A program made the translations under genes and the position numbers. From contig OX597816.1 in NCBI GenBank assembly GCA_951406725.2, positions 18,042,001 through 18,106,000 of the forward strand: a stretch of 64,000 bases of DNA, in the 5' to 3' direction. The notes beneath the pieces were generated by a model that saw nothing but the letters and a program-made list of their open reading frames with translations, searched no databases and had not been told where the DNA came from. Within the stretch, counting starts at the first letter, position 1; each line of letters opens with the position of its first letter. Below are positions 40,455 to 51,495 of the stretch, one piece after another. Source of the DNA: Octopus vulgaris. Its lineage: Eukaryota.

Positions 40455-43400
40455 CTGACAGATCCCGTCTTTTTCCCTTTCTTTTCGTTTCCTTCTCCGT
40501 ATTTTATTCTCATTATTTCGAACTAATACAGACACAGTAAGCCTTGAAGAAAGGTAGAGGAGGAAAGGAAAAAAAAAAAAAAATGTCCGGAGATAAAACT
40601 ATCAACAAAAAAAAATACAGACGAATATAGATCTGCTAGTCTTAAGAAGCGGCGCTATGAGCAATGCTTACATGTAGTGAACCCTAAACTGACAGATCCA
40701 TCTCCTAATATAAGAATGGATGCTCGTCATGCTTCAAGGTCAACAAATCAAACAATAAACCGCATTGGTCATTGCGCGGATTACAAAAGACCACGTACCC
40801 GAAAATTGAACCAAATCCTGATTGAAAAATCAGTTACTGGATCAAATCTTCCCAACACACAGGAGCTGGACGAACCCCACAACCGGAATATTCCAACAGA
40901 TGGCCATCCATGCTCATCACCAAATAATCAAAAGAAAAAGAAGGAAAAATGGTCTAGGGAAGATAATAAAGAAGTTCTTGAGGCCTTCTACCATGCCATA
41001 TATTTCCCCACAGATAAGTCTAGCACTGTACAAGCATACTTAAACTGGAGACAGAAACACCCTGAAGTAAGACCCTACATAGACAGTAACAAGCTTGCCA
41101 ATGTTAGAAGAAACATTATAAAAAAGAAATTACTGACTGAAGTAGAGATTGATCAGGTTAGACAAGCAATATCGGATAAAATGAACGAAGCTGCAGCTAG
41201 AGAAGATAATACAGAGGAAATGATTATAGACCAGCCCAGGGTGGATAAAAACGAAGAGAGGATTGAAAGAGTTAGTATAAGTGATAGGCAAAGTGAAATA
41301 CGCCCTGAACCAATCATAAACACTAAGACAGATGAGCATCAAATAGATAAAGAAAGTCACACAAATATTGACCCAACAGAACTACATGAGCTAAAAAATC
41401 AAATCATGATTGAATGGCTGAAAATTAAAGAAACCAGCATGGATGAGCGTGATACACTTCCTAAAATCCGCAACTCTAACCAAAACATGAAAATAATTGG
41501 TAAAATCCGGCTTGCACTTAAGGATATAATTTCAGTTAATGATGTTGATATCACAAACCTCAACCACCTATACTATGCATCCGCGAAAATCTCAACGATC
41601 TTATGTGGTGTAAAGATTAGAAAACGGCAACAGTCCCACAAAAAGCCTTCTTGGCAAGAGCGTCTGCAACAACAAATTAAAATATTTAGATCTGACATTG
41701 AATATTTGAAAAACCTTAAGGCTCACAAAACTACCAAACCTACAAAAACCCAAAAATTACTGAAAAAATACAATATGAAAACTATACTTGATATTGATGC
41801 CACCATAGAAACCATCAAACAAAAGGTATCTGCCAAAGCTGCCCGCATAGCGAGGTATGAAAAGCGTGTTAGATTTTTCAAGGACAACAACATGTTCAAA
41901 AATAACACCAAGAATTTTTACAGGAAGATAGGAAAAACAGCGTTTACTGCAGGGTCTGTACCATCAAAAGAAGAAGTGCAGAGATTTTGGAATAAAATCT
42001 GGGCAGAAGAAAAAACACACAACGAAAAGGCCCCCTGGATTGACAGAATATCTACAGAACTGGACCCCTTAGAAGAGCAAAAGTGGGAGGGTGTCAAGGT
42101 AGAAGATATAAGATCTGCTCTAAGGAGGTCAAGCAAATGGAAGTCTCCAGGAAAGGATAAAATTCCTAACTTCTGGCTGAATGCCTTCCCAGAGAGCCAT
42201 GAACTGCTAACAGAACTGTACAATGATGTTTTGCAACACCCTAGTAGGATGCCTCCTTGGCTAGTTAATGGGTTAACATTCCTGCTTCCAAAAAGTGAAG
42301 AAACAAATGAACCAAAAAACTATAGACCCATAACCTGCTTAACAACTATGTACAAAACACTAACATCTGTCCTGACGGAATATACCTATAGTTTTTTAAC
42401 AGACAGCAGCATATTCCCTAATGAACAGAAAGGATGTAAACGTGGATCCTACGGCTGTAAAGACCAACTACTCATCAATAAGATGATCTTAGAAGATTGT
42501 CACAAACGACACAAAAACTTATCAATAGCCTGGATAGACTATAAAAAGGCTTTTGATAGCCTACCACATAGCTGGATTAGGAAATGCCTTGAAATGTATA
42601 AGATAGCACCAACTCTGCGAAACTTTTTGACTGTAAGTATGAGATCATGGAGAACCACACTAACTCTGAACAGTGACAGTGAATCCCTAAATGCTGGTGA
42701 TGTAAAAATTTCGTGTGGCATTTTCCAGGGTGACTCACTGTCACCACTCCTCTTTTGTTTATCCTTAATACCTCTCTCAAAGCTGCTCAATGACGCGCAG
42801 TACGGGTATAAAATGTTTGATAAAAATATAAATCATCTCGTTTACATGGATGATTTAAAGCTTTTTGCAAAAAATGATCAACAACTCAAGGGCTTACTAG
42901 CGATAGTCAAACAATTCAGTGACGACATCAGAATGCAATTCGGCCTCGATAAATGTGCAAAGGCTACCTTTATCAAAGGAAAAATGACAGAAACATCTAA
43001 AGTTAACCTTGACCAACAGAATGTCATAAAAGAACTAGACCCAGCGGAGAGCTACAGGTACCTAGGGGTAATTGAAGGGAACGGAATAAGGCATTCAGAG
43101 ATGAAGGAAAGGATCAGGAGAGAATGCTATCGAAGAGTGAGAGCAATACTCAAGACAGAGCTGAATGCAAGAAACAGGATCGAAGCAATCAATGCATTAG
43201 CTATACCAGTCGTGACTTACAGTTTCAATATTGTTAACTGGTCAATTACTGAAATATGTCAGCTCGACAGAAAAATAAGGAAACTGTTGACAATGCATAG
43301 AATGCACCACCCTAAGGCAGATACAGAACGACTCTATCTGCCAAGAAAAGAGGGAGGCCGTGGTCTTTTGCAACTGGCAATAACAATGAAGATTGCTACA

Positions 43401-44620
43401 ATTGGCCTAGACACCTACCTGAAAAACTCTGAGGACTGGATGTTAAAACTTGTCTCAAAACATGAAAACAAGAAAGCATCATACTCAGTCACAAAACAGG
43501 CAAAGGAATATCTAAGTGAATTCCGAATACAACCAATTTCGGAATTAGAGATAGATATACAAGAAACAAGCACAGAAAAAGCTAGGCGCATGAAAACCCG
43601 TGCCAAAACTGCGGCCTTAGATATTCTGAATAATAAATGGCAAGAAAAACCTCTCTATGGCAAATACCCAAAGAGAGCGAATAATGCAGATATCGACAAA
43701 GCCCTGACCCATCAATGGCTAATGGCCTCTGGCTTAAAATCTGAAACAGAGGGGTTTATCATAGCAGCTCAAGATCAATGCCTACCAACAAGAAACTACC
43801 AGGCCAACATATTAAAGATCAGAAGCAGTCCAACGTGTCGTGTATGCAAGCAACAAAATGAAACCATTGACCATGTGGTCTCCAAGTGCAGTCTTCTAGC
43901 GCCTACAGAGTATCTCAACAGGCACGATAGAGCTGCACAATATATTCACTGGGTAATCTGTAAAAACCTGGATTTGCCCCATGAAAAAAACTGGTGGGAA
44001 CACAAACCACCTCCAGTGCTTGAAAATGACCACATCTCACTCCTCTGGAACTTCACCATTCAAACTGACAGGAAGATAGATGCAAATAGGCCAGACATCA
44101 TATTGAAAGACTTCAAACAAAGAACATGCCTCCTCATTGATATGACTGTCCCAATCGATATAAACGTATCTGTCAAGACCTACCAAAAACTGAGCAAATA
44201 TAAAGATCTTGAAATAGAAATCAGCAAAATGTGGAAGCTGAAGACTAAAACAATACCTGTTGTCATAGGTGCCCTGGGAATGATAGCAAAAGGGGCTGAT
44301 AGCTACCTAACTCAGATACCAGGAAACCCAAAAATGGCAGAAGTTCAAAAGATAGTGCTCATGGGAACTGCTCATATCCTACGCAAAATACTCTCTATGT
44401 AATCTCAAGGTTTAAAACAAACATAATTTTCGGTTTAAAAAAAAAAAAAAAAAAACTTTTTTTTTTTTTTAGACATTCATTAGTACAACATCCCCACCCC
44501 CCAAATATATGGCACACTAGGCATAACAACAACATGAACTTCCAACCCTGTTGTCTCTTGAGGTCTCTGGGTGAGACTTGGAGCCAACTTGTACAAATAT
44601 AAAGCAAAAGTCAAACATAG
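40455..44620 (+). mobile_element. Apparently full-length R4/Dong-clade non-LTR retrotransposon inserted in (TAA)n
   Basis: Single long RT-RLE ORF. The 5' flank is aataacaataataa and the 3' end runs into aataataataataat at 44621. Dong elements are known to target TAA repeats. Confidence 0.88.
40716..44402 (+). CDS. Reverse transcriptase / CCHC zinc knuckle / restriction-like endonuclease polyprotein (1228 aa from the first ATG; frame open from 40677)
   Basis: Motifs WKSPGKD, NYRPITCL, IDYKKAFDS, GIFQGDSLSP, YMDD, YRYLG, CRVC..ETIDHVVSKC, RHD, NRPDI..IDMTVP and KYKDL. No stops or frameshifts. Confidence 0.95.
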   Translation: MDARHASRSTNQTINRIGHCADYKRPRTRKLNQILIEKSVTGSNLPNTQELDEPHNRNIPTDGHPCSSPNNQKKKKEKWSREDNKEVLEAFYHAIYFPTDKSSTVQAYLNWRQKHPEVRPYIDSNKLANVRRNIIKKKLLTEVEIDQVRQAISDKMNEAAAREDNTEEMIIDQPRVDKNEERIERVSISDRQSEIRPEPIINTKTDEHQIDKESHTNIDPTELHELKNQIMIEWLKIKETSMDERDTLPKIRNSNQNMKIIGKIRLALKDIISVNDVDITNLNHLYYASAKISTILCGVKIRKRQQSHKKPSWQERLQQQIKIFRSDIEYLKNLKAHKTTKPTKTQKLLKKYNMKTILDIDATIETIKQKVSAKAARIARYEKRVRFFKDNNMFKNNTKNFYRKIGKTAFTAGSVPSKEEVQRFWNKIWAEEKTHNEKAPWIDRISTELDPLEEQKWEGVKVEDIRSALRRSSKWKSPGKDKIPNFWLNAFPESHELLTELYNDVLQHPSRMPPWLVNGLTFLLPKSEETNEPKNYRPITCLTTMYKTLTSVLTEYTYSFLTDSSIFPNEQKGCKRGSYGCKDQLLINKMILEDCHKRHKNLSIAWIDYKKAFDSLPHSWIRKCLEMYKIAPTLRNFLTVSMRSWRTTLTLNSDSESLNAGDVKISCGIFQGDSLSPLLFCLSLIPLSKLLNDAQYGYKMFDKNINHLVYMDDLKLFAKNDQQLKGLLAIVKQFSDDIRMQFGLDKCAKATFIKGKMTETSKVNLDQQNVIKELDPAESYRYLGVIEGNGIRHSEMKERIRRECYRRVRAILKTELNARNRIEAINALAIPVVTYSFNIVNWSITEICQLDRKIRKLLTMHRMHHPKADTERLYLPRKEGGRGLLQLAITMKIATIGLDTYLKNSEDWMLKLVSKHENKKASYSVTKQAKEYLSEFRIQPISELEIDIQETSTEKARRMKTRAKTAALDILNNKWQEKPLYGKYPKRANNADIDKALTHQWLMASGLKSETEGFIIAAQDQCLPTRNYQANILKIRSSPTCRVCKQQNETIDHVVSKCSLLAPTEYLNRHDRAAQYIHWVICKNLDLPHEKNWWEHKPPPVLENDHISLLWNFTIQTDRKIDANRPDIILKDFKQRTCLLIDMTVPIDINVSVKTYQKLSKYKDLEIEISKMWKLKTKTIPVVIGALGMIAKGADSYLTQIPGNPKMAEVQKIVLMGTAHILRKILSM

Positions 44621-45168
44621 AATAATAATAATAATAGTAATAATAATAATGGTGATATTGTATTCGCAAAAAATAAAAAAAATGTGATACCTTTCAAATT
44701 ACTTATATCACTATTAATTGCACCAATAATATGTGGTGCAAGAGTGTTTGGTTATTTTCTAATCAGTACGTTTATGGATGAGCAAACTAGCTGTATATAC
44801 GGGCATATACTTTTAATTATGCTCGAAGTAAATCAACCAGCAAACATTGATAAAATAAATAAATTTGGAGTACATTAGCTGTGATAGTAAATTCAAAACA
44901 CACATACACACGGAGTTAAATGTGTCGAAACAGTTGTAGTGATTTTAGATAAAGCATGTTATTAATTCCAGTTTGTATTTATCTATATACATATATACAT
45001 ATATCGTGTAACAACTTATATATGTGTAAAAATTTGCCTCGGACAAAGTGTATAACCATACACATTTCGTGGAGTCTGCATCATCATTTTCTAAATTTAT
45101 CCAGATATGTTTGAATGAAATATTTTACAATACATTTTATATCATAGAAGCAAACAATATAGTTATAA

Positions 45169-45495
45169 GGCGCGTGGCTCAGTGGTTAGAGCGTCGAACT
45201 GACGATCGTGAAGTTGTGAGTTCGAATCCGGACCGGGCTGCGTGTTTTGTTCCTGAGCAAGATGCTTTATTTCGCGTTGCTATAGTTCACTCAGCTGTAG
45301 AAATGAGTTGCAACATCACAGGTGCCAAGCTGTATCGGCCCCTATGCCTTTCCCTTGGATAACACTGGTGGCGTGGAGAGGGGAGGCCGGTATGTATGGG
45401 CGATTGCTGGTCTTCTACAAACAACCTCGCCCGGACTTGTGCCTCGAAGGGTAACTTTCTAGGTGCAATCCCATGGTTAGTCATGACCGAAAGAT
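45169..45495 (+). mobile_element. SINE family D (tRNA-like head, OR-like)
   Basis: GGCGCGTGGCTCAGTGGTTAGAGCG...GAGTTCGAATCC A and B boxes, followed by a non-tRNA body. Confidence 0.8.
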
Positions 45496-46424
45496 ATCTC
45501 CGAGAACTCCGTATATGTTGTAACATTCACAGATATCCAATCAACGTATATGAATGCTGAAATTCTTTAACAATACACAAAACCGACATGTTACGCGGTC
45601 TTTTTATACATACAGTCGTCAACATAGCTAAAATGCGTTCTTGAACTCAAAAGGTGTTTATCAGCTCTAGCGTGTTACATATTGTACATCTTAGCCTCTA
45701 CGGATTGAATATAAATCGATGATCAACAACATCTATTACTATGTAACCAGAATCAAATATTCTTTGTAGACAAGTCCGTTATTCTATTTCTTTATATCAA
45801 AGCAGTAACTTAAATCAGAGCAAATTGAAACAGATTCAACTAAACTATATAACTAAGCTTTCTAAAATTTGTTAAAGTGCATTTAATTTTCCACACGCAA
45901 AATATTTGTCTATAAGCTTTAGTGTATATGTTACGTTATCGCGTCATGTAACCATTATCCGGATGCTAATATTTTCCTTATAAACAACATATTTTAAACA
46001 TTATTTGGCTAAATCCAGTCTGACAGTATGATATACTGCATCGGTTGTTATTGTTTCTACTCACGTAATGTTGCGAAATTACATGAAATTACTCGAAATG
46101 AACATTAAATACCAGATAATGTAAATGCTTCACACGCTGTTGTTGATTTTATATTCTTATATTATACTGCATTCGCCCATTCGTCAATGATTGATCGCGT
46201 ATATTTGTACACTCTCAGAAACAATTATAAAACGATGAGTCAGCGATAATTTTCACAAGCTTACTGCCATATAAATGTATGTGTGTGTATGTGTGTGTGG
46301 TGTGCTTCGGAAGGGATGGAGTGTGCTCAACTATTACAGAAAGGACTAAGCTGATGCGGATTTCAAAGTTTGAAATCTGAATCAAAATATAAAGGAAGTG
46401 TACAGACAAAACACATTTAGTATA

Positions 46425-46840
46425 CTCTTTTACTTTTGTAATATCTTTACTTGTTTAAGTCATTTGACTATGGCCATGCTGGAGGACAGATTTTAGTCTA
46501 GCAAATCGACCCCAGGACTTATTCTTCGTAAGCCTAATACTTATTCTATCGACGTCTTTTGCCGAACCGCTAAGGTACGGGGATGTAAACACACCAACAT
46601 CGGTTGTCAAGCGATGTTGGGGGGGGGGGAACAAACACAGACACACAAACACACACACAAACTCATATATATATATATATATATACGACGGGCTTCTTTC
46701 CGTTTCCGTTTACCAAATCCATTCACAAGGCTTTGGTCGACCCGAAGCTATAGTAGAAGACACTTGCCCAACGTGCCGCGCAGTGGGACTGAACCCGAAA
46801 CCCTGTGGATGGTAAACAAGCTACTTACAACACAGCCACA
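46425..46840 (-). mobile_element. SINE family B
   Basis: Homologous to 15918-16306. Confidence 0.85.
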
Positions 46841-47524
46841 CCATTTCTTATCATTAGAAAGATCTTAAATATTTTCAGTTGCTTTGTATATGTAATTACT
46901 AACTCACTGACACACACATACTCACACACATATATATATATATATGTATATATATACCCCTATAATCAAATGCTCAGCACGCAGCACTACTTCCATTCAG
47001 GTTCCAGGTCTTATTGTTAATAGCGTTAAATTCACACCATTACGCGTTGTGTTCACACAGGATCCTGCATATATTGATGTGGTCTATTACGTAATATAAG
47101 GGCACATCAATAAGGAGAGAAAAGAACAAGGCCCTGAAATCCTCACTCCGTTGTTGTATCCATAGGTTACAGTATTCAGTAAAACAATTTGCCACATTAT
47201 AGCTGTAATTCCATCGATACACTTCATGTAATAGCATGCGTAAGTAAACAAATCTTTAGGCAGATAGACGAGAAATACAAGTTGCAAACATGCAGGAAGC
47301 AAATTTAAACACTCATGAGGTGCTAAGCTGGAGGCTGCGGACAGCAGATAGGGCGGGATCACTGTCCCCACGACCACAAATGGGGACTGGTTTTGATAAG
47401 AATCGGAGTGAACTGCTGAAAAGAATTCAAGGATATGTTGCACGTTAGTAATCGTATGTATGTATGTATGTCTCTTCTATTTCTTAATTATTATTCTGTA
47501 TGTATGTGTATGTGCATATATATG

Positions 47525-47566
<42 letters not shown>

Positions 47567-47758
47567 TAATACTAAGCAATTAAGGGTTTAGCAACGAATT
47601 GCCTCACCACACACCGAATTTAGAAATAGCAGTCAAAGAGTTATAGCTATTCTTTCTACTAAAAGGGAGATCTCAGCAAAAACACAGCACTTGAAAGGCA
47701 AACACAGACAGGTAAGAGAGAATGAAATGACGGCAATCTATCATACAATTTTAAGTCA

Positions 47759-47849
47759 CCTACGGACGTACGTTTCGAAATCAAGTTTTAGGAAAGCATA
47801 AGAATTAGATAATTCTACCTTACCCAACTTCTTTTCTCATCAGCGTAGG
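47759..47849 (-). ncRNA. Type I hammerhead ribozyme in a PLE-like element (about 47563-47900)
   Basis: Minus strand reads CCTACG-CTGATGA-GAAA...(long stem II)...TTTC-GAAA-CGTACG-TC-CGTAGG: perfect 6-bp stem I, palindromic stem III, GUC triplet. Confidence 0.85.
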
Positions 47850-48044
47850 ACACTACAATTATGAATAATTGTATATTAAATTTTGAGATACTAGAAGTCA
47901 TCATCTCAACTCAGTATCAGTACACGAGCAAAATGCTCCTCACCTCATCCAATGGACGTTGCTGAGTTGTCAAACATTTAAAGCAAATTGTCCCAAAACA
48001 ACTTGCCCGACCGCCCCATAGGCCTCCCCTTTGAGAAACACTGA

Positions 48045-48295
48045 TTTAACCTAAATTTGAGACACCAGCAAAAGAAGAAATAACGATAGACTTTTTTTTC
48101 TATTCCAAAGAAAAACGATTTCCCACGGCTTTATCGATTGCATTCAATTTTTGTAATTTTTTCAAGACTTAAACACGCTCTGTTACCGTCGGTATTTACA
48201 TATCAAATTTGAGCGCAATTGGACGGAGGATACCCGAGATCCTAGAAGCCACACGCATACACACAGACAGACAGAACGGATTTTATATAAGAGAT
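48045..48295 (+). mobile_element. Possible Helentron/DINE-like non-autonomous element end
   Basis: ...caaatttgagcgcaattgg...acagacagacagaacggattttatataagagat resembles the termini of such elements. Confidence 0.35.
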
Positions 48296-49384
48296 AAGTA
48301 TGGCTATACATACATATATACATACACGCATTGTCCTAAATATAACATTCCAGTTTGTTCAAGTACTATACCATTCTTGATTTATTCAAGCCATGTCCAG
48401 CTTTTAGAAGAGTCAGTTTACAGTAAAATAAGTTGCCCATCGTAAACAGTGTTTTTATAGTTTTTGCATGTTGAAAAGTAAATGAATTTAGGAATTTTAG
48501 AAAGCTTAGTTGAAATTATTTGAAATTGTTTTAATTTGTATTACACTGTGATAGATCGTTTGATATGAAAAAGGACACCAGAATAACAGACTTATCTACA
48601 AAGAATATCTGATTCCGGTTGGCTAAGATGCACAACACGTAAAGGATTAGATTTGAACACTTTTTGAGCTCAAGACCGCATTGAAGCAATTTTAACAATT
48701 GTATCCACGGAAAGGCCGACTAACATGTCGGCCTTGTGCATTTGGCATTCACATATATTTATTGAATATCTGTTGATATTACAACAACTGAATTTTAATA
48801 TTGCGACACTATATTTTAAAATTTATAACATAATAATTTTTTTCATCTACCACGTTATTAGATTCTACTGCACAATTTTCGACCGGAATTCCTGTTTATA
48901 ATAATGCTTTTTTTATTACTTTATTAGAGCAAAGTGATTGGAATTATTCATGTTTTAGTATTACCTTAAATCGTTTATAATGCTGACTTACTTCAAAAGC
49001 CATAAACCTGTCCTATTAAATGTTTGCTCCACAGCATCAGTGTAATTAACCTCTACACTCCTAACGATTTTGGATAACTTTAATGCATGTATCAAGTCGA
49101 AAACCTGTAATTTCCATAAATGTGATAGATATAACATATTTATTCCACTGAAAATACTTTGAAATTTGTAAACTAATTTATTTTGGTGCTAAATTATAGA
49201 TTTATAGTCACAGTTTATTCATGTCTAACAGAATATATGTTGAATAACCAAATAGGTTGTTCAGGAAAAAAGGTCTAAAAATTGTTATACTTCTGTTAAT
49301 GCCTGAGTAAAAAAAAAATTTTTTTTTTTTTACCCTCAAACACTTATCAGTATTCAAATTTCTAGTAATGAAGATACATTGTTT

Positions 49385-49790
49385 GGATCTTTTCCGTTTG
49401 AACGGCAGTTTTTTAAAATAATTTCCACGTAACTAATCACTTTTAAACTTCGTATACTGGTAGAATGTGTTTATAAAACATCTTTTTCTCTTGGCTTTAT
49501 TGAGCTATTTGTCGTTTTTTTCTTCAATTTCTGCAATTTCAACCAATCAATGACATCTATTGAGGTGAATATACACTGTGCCGTATGAATATGTCCCTCG
49601 TTTAAGAAACAGATTGGGTTTATTTACATTTGTGAAGAAAAATGATACCCTTCCCCCCACCCCTAACCCTAATTAACCCTAACCCTGAAACAGATTGAAA
49701 TGCAATAGATCGATACTAGGGTCATAATTATGGGTGACAATTTCATATGACACCGCTAGAAAAAAACTGCTGTTCAAACTGAAAAGATAC
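49385..49790 (+). mobile_element. MITE with about 27-bp TIRs and internal (CCCTAA)n
   Basis: GGATCTTTTCCGTTTGAACGGCAGTTTTT ... AAAAACTGCTGTTCAAACTGAAAAGAT. Same family as the copies at 61390 and 63741. Confidence 0.85.
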
Positions 49791-50243
49791 ATAATACATT
49801 TTAAGACTCAGCACTAAATCCAACCGCACACTGCTACAGGTTTACAAGTGATTCTGTTAACTATCTCTTCGTACATTGTAACTCAAGTGAAATAACGCGA
49901 AACCTTATAAATTCTCTTCACTTACTAATTAGGAGAATGCTGGAAGCAGGAAAATATTAAAATTAAGAAGTCATTGAAAAGGTGAATTTAACTTTCATTG
50001 TATTCTTTATGTTGAGGTTGTTATAGGGCTGCTTAAGATGGCTATAGAATATAGTTAATACTCGACATATTCAGGGTAACCTATATCAATAGATATACAT
50101 AGAAATAAATATATGTTTATATATGTATGTATATATATATATAAGTTCAAATATGTATGTATGTATACATATCAATATATATAAATCTCTCTCTATATAT
50201 ATATAAATATATATATTCATACATACATACATACATATTTGAA

Positions 50244-50287
<44 letters not shown>

Positions 50288-50289
50288 TA

Positions 50290-50426
50290 AATTTATTTGC
50301 ACTCTTAAGAGAAATTATATAACACATACACACACACTCTCTCTCTCTCACACACACACATATATGTGTGTGTGTGTGTGTGTGTATGTGTATTTATATA
50401 ATTTCTCTTAAGAGTGCAAATAAATT
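50290..50426. repeat. Perfect 33-bp inverted repeat around a CA/TG spacer
   Basis: AATTTATTTGCACTCTTAAGAGAAATTATATAA at 50290-50322 and its reverse complement at 50394-50426. Confidence 0.92.
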
Positions 50427-51092
50427 ATATAGGCACTTACCGTCGTAGTTGACGTCATCATAATTCAAATTCCGACAACCACAATCACCTCCACCGACCG
50501 TCACCTCCTTCGACATCGTCATTATCAGTTTAAGAATAAAGTGCTGGTTGAGGGTTTTTACTGAAAGTTCTACATTGATGGTCACCTATTGCATATTCAT
50601 TGTTCAGCGAGTGGGTTGGTGCATAATTAACGAGTTATGTATGATTTACAAATTAAAAATGAAATATGGTCCTTAATTACGGACCAACCCAATAGATATA
50701 CCTTCTCGCAAAACAGCATGCTATAGAGACGACAGAATATCCAAAATAGGAGCCAATCCAATATTTGGGCCTTATGCCTAGAGTAGAGAAAAAAAAAGAA
50801 TAATGTAAATGATGAAATATAATTATTATAGCAATGATATGGAAAATAAAATAAGATACAATCAATAATTGTAAAGAGCGTATTCTTTTCTACTCTGGGC
50901 ACATTTTTGCGGAGGGAGCCAGCCAAGTGGTACTTAATTTTTCGACCCCGAAAAGATGAAATGCAAAGTCGACGTCGGCGGAATTTGAAGTCAGAAATTA
51001 AAGACAGATGAAATACAGCTAAGCATTATCACCCGCCATGCTAACGTTTCTGCCAGCTCGCCACCTTGTAAAAAAAAAAAAGCATATTATTA

Positions 51093-51495
51093 TTAACGTG
51101 ACAGTAGGGGATTACGCCACCGCTGTTTAGCCCTAGGAAGCATCGACGCTTCCTGTCGGCTTCGACACATTTTCTGTGTCCTTATATATTTACGAAGGGC
51201 AGACAAATACCCCCAACAGCTAGGCCTGCATCTAGAGACACGCATGTTTCAGAGTCTTTGCCCATTATCGGTCTAGAGTAGCAGAAGACTGCTAGCTGAA
51301 GATATCTGTCTAGACTTCGTAAATATATAATGACACAGGAAATGTGTCGAAACCGACAGGAAGCGTCGATGCATTCTAGGGCTAAACAGCGGTAGTGTAA
51401 TCCCCTACTGTCACATTAAGTTGACAGTATACAACCACTCTATCGCCCCACCACCGTACATATCCCTGAGATATTTAGAAATTTAATATTTCTGA
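51093..51495. mobile_element. Foldback insertion with arms of about 105 bp (PLE-like inverted structure)
   Basis: 51093-51197 is an imperfect reverse complement of 51315-51419. Possible TSD CATATTATTATT at 51083-51094 and 51496-51507. Confidence 0.75.

Noticed and set aside
49660-49690. True telomere or chromosome fusion site (CCCTAA repeats; also 22030 and 63845)
   Set aside because: Only two to four units, and at 49660 and 63845 they lie inside a MITE.
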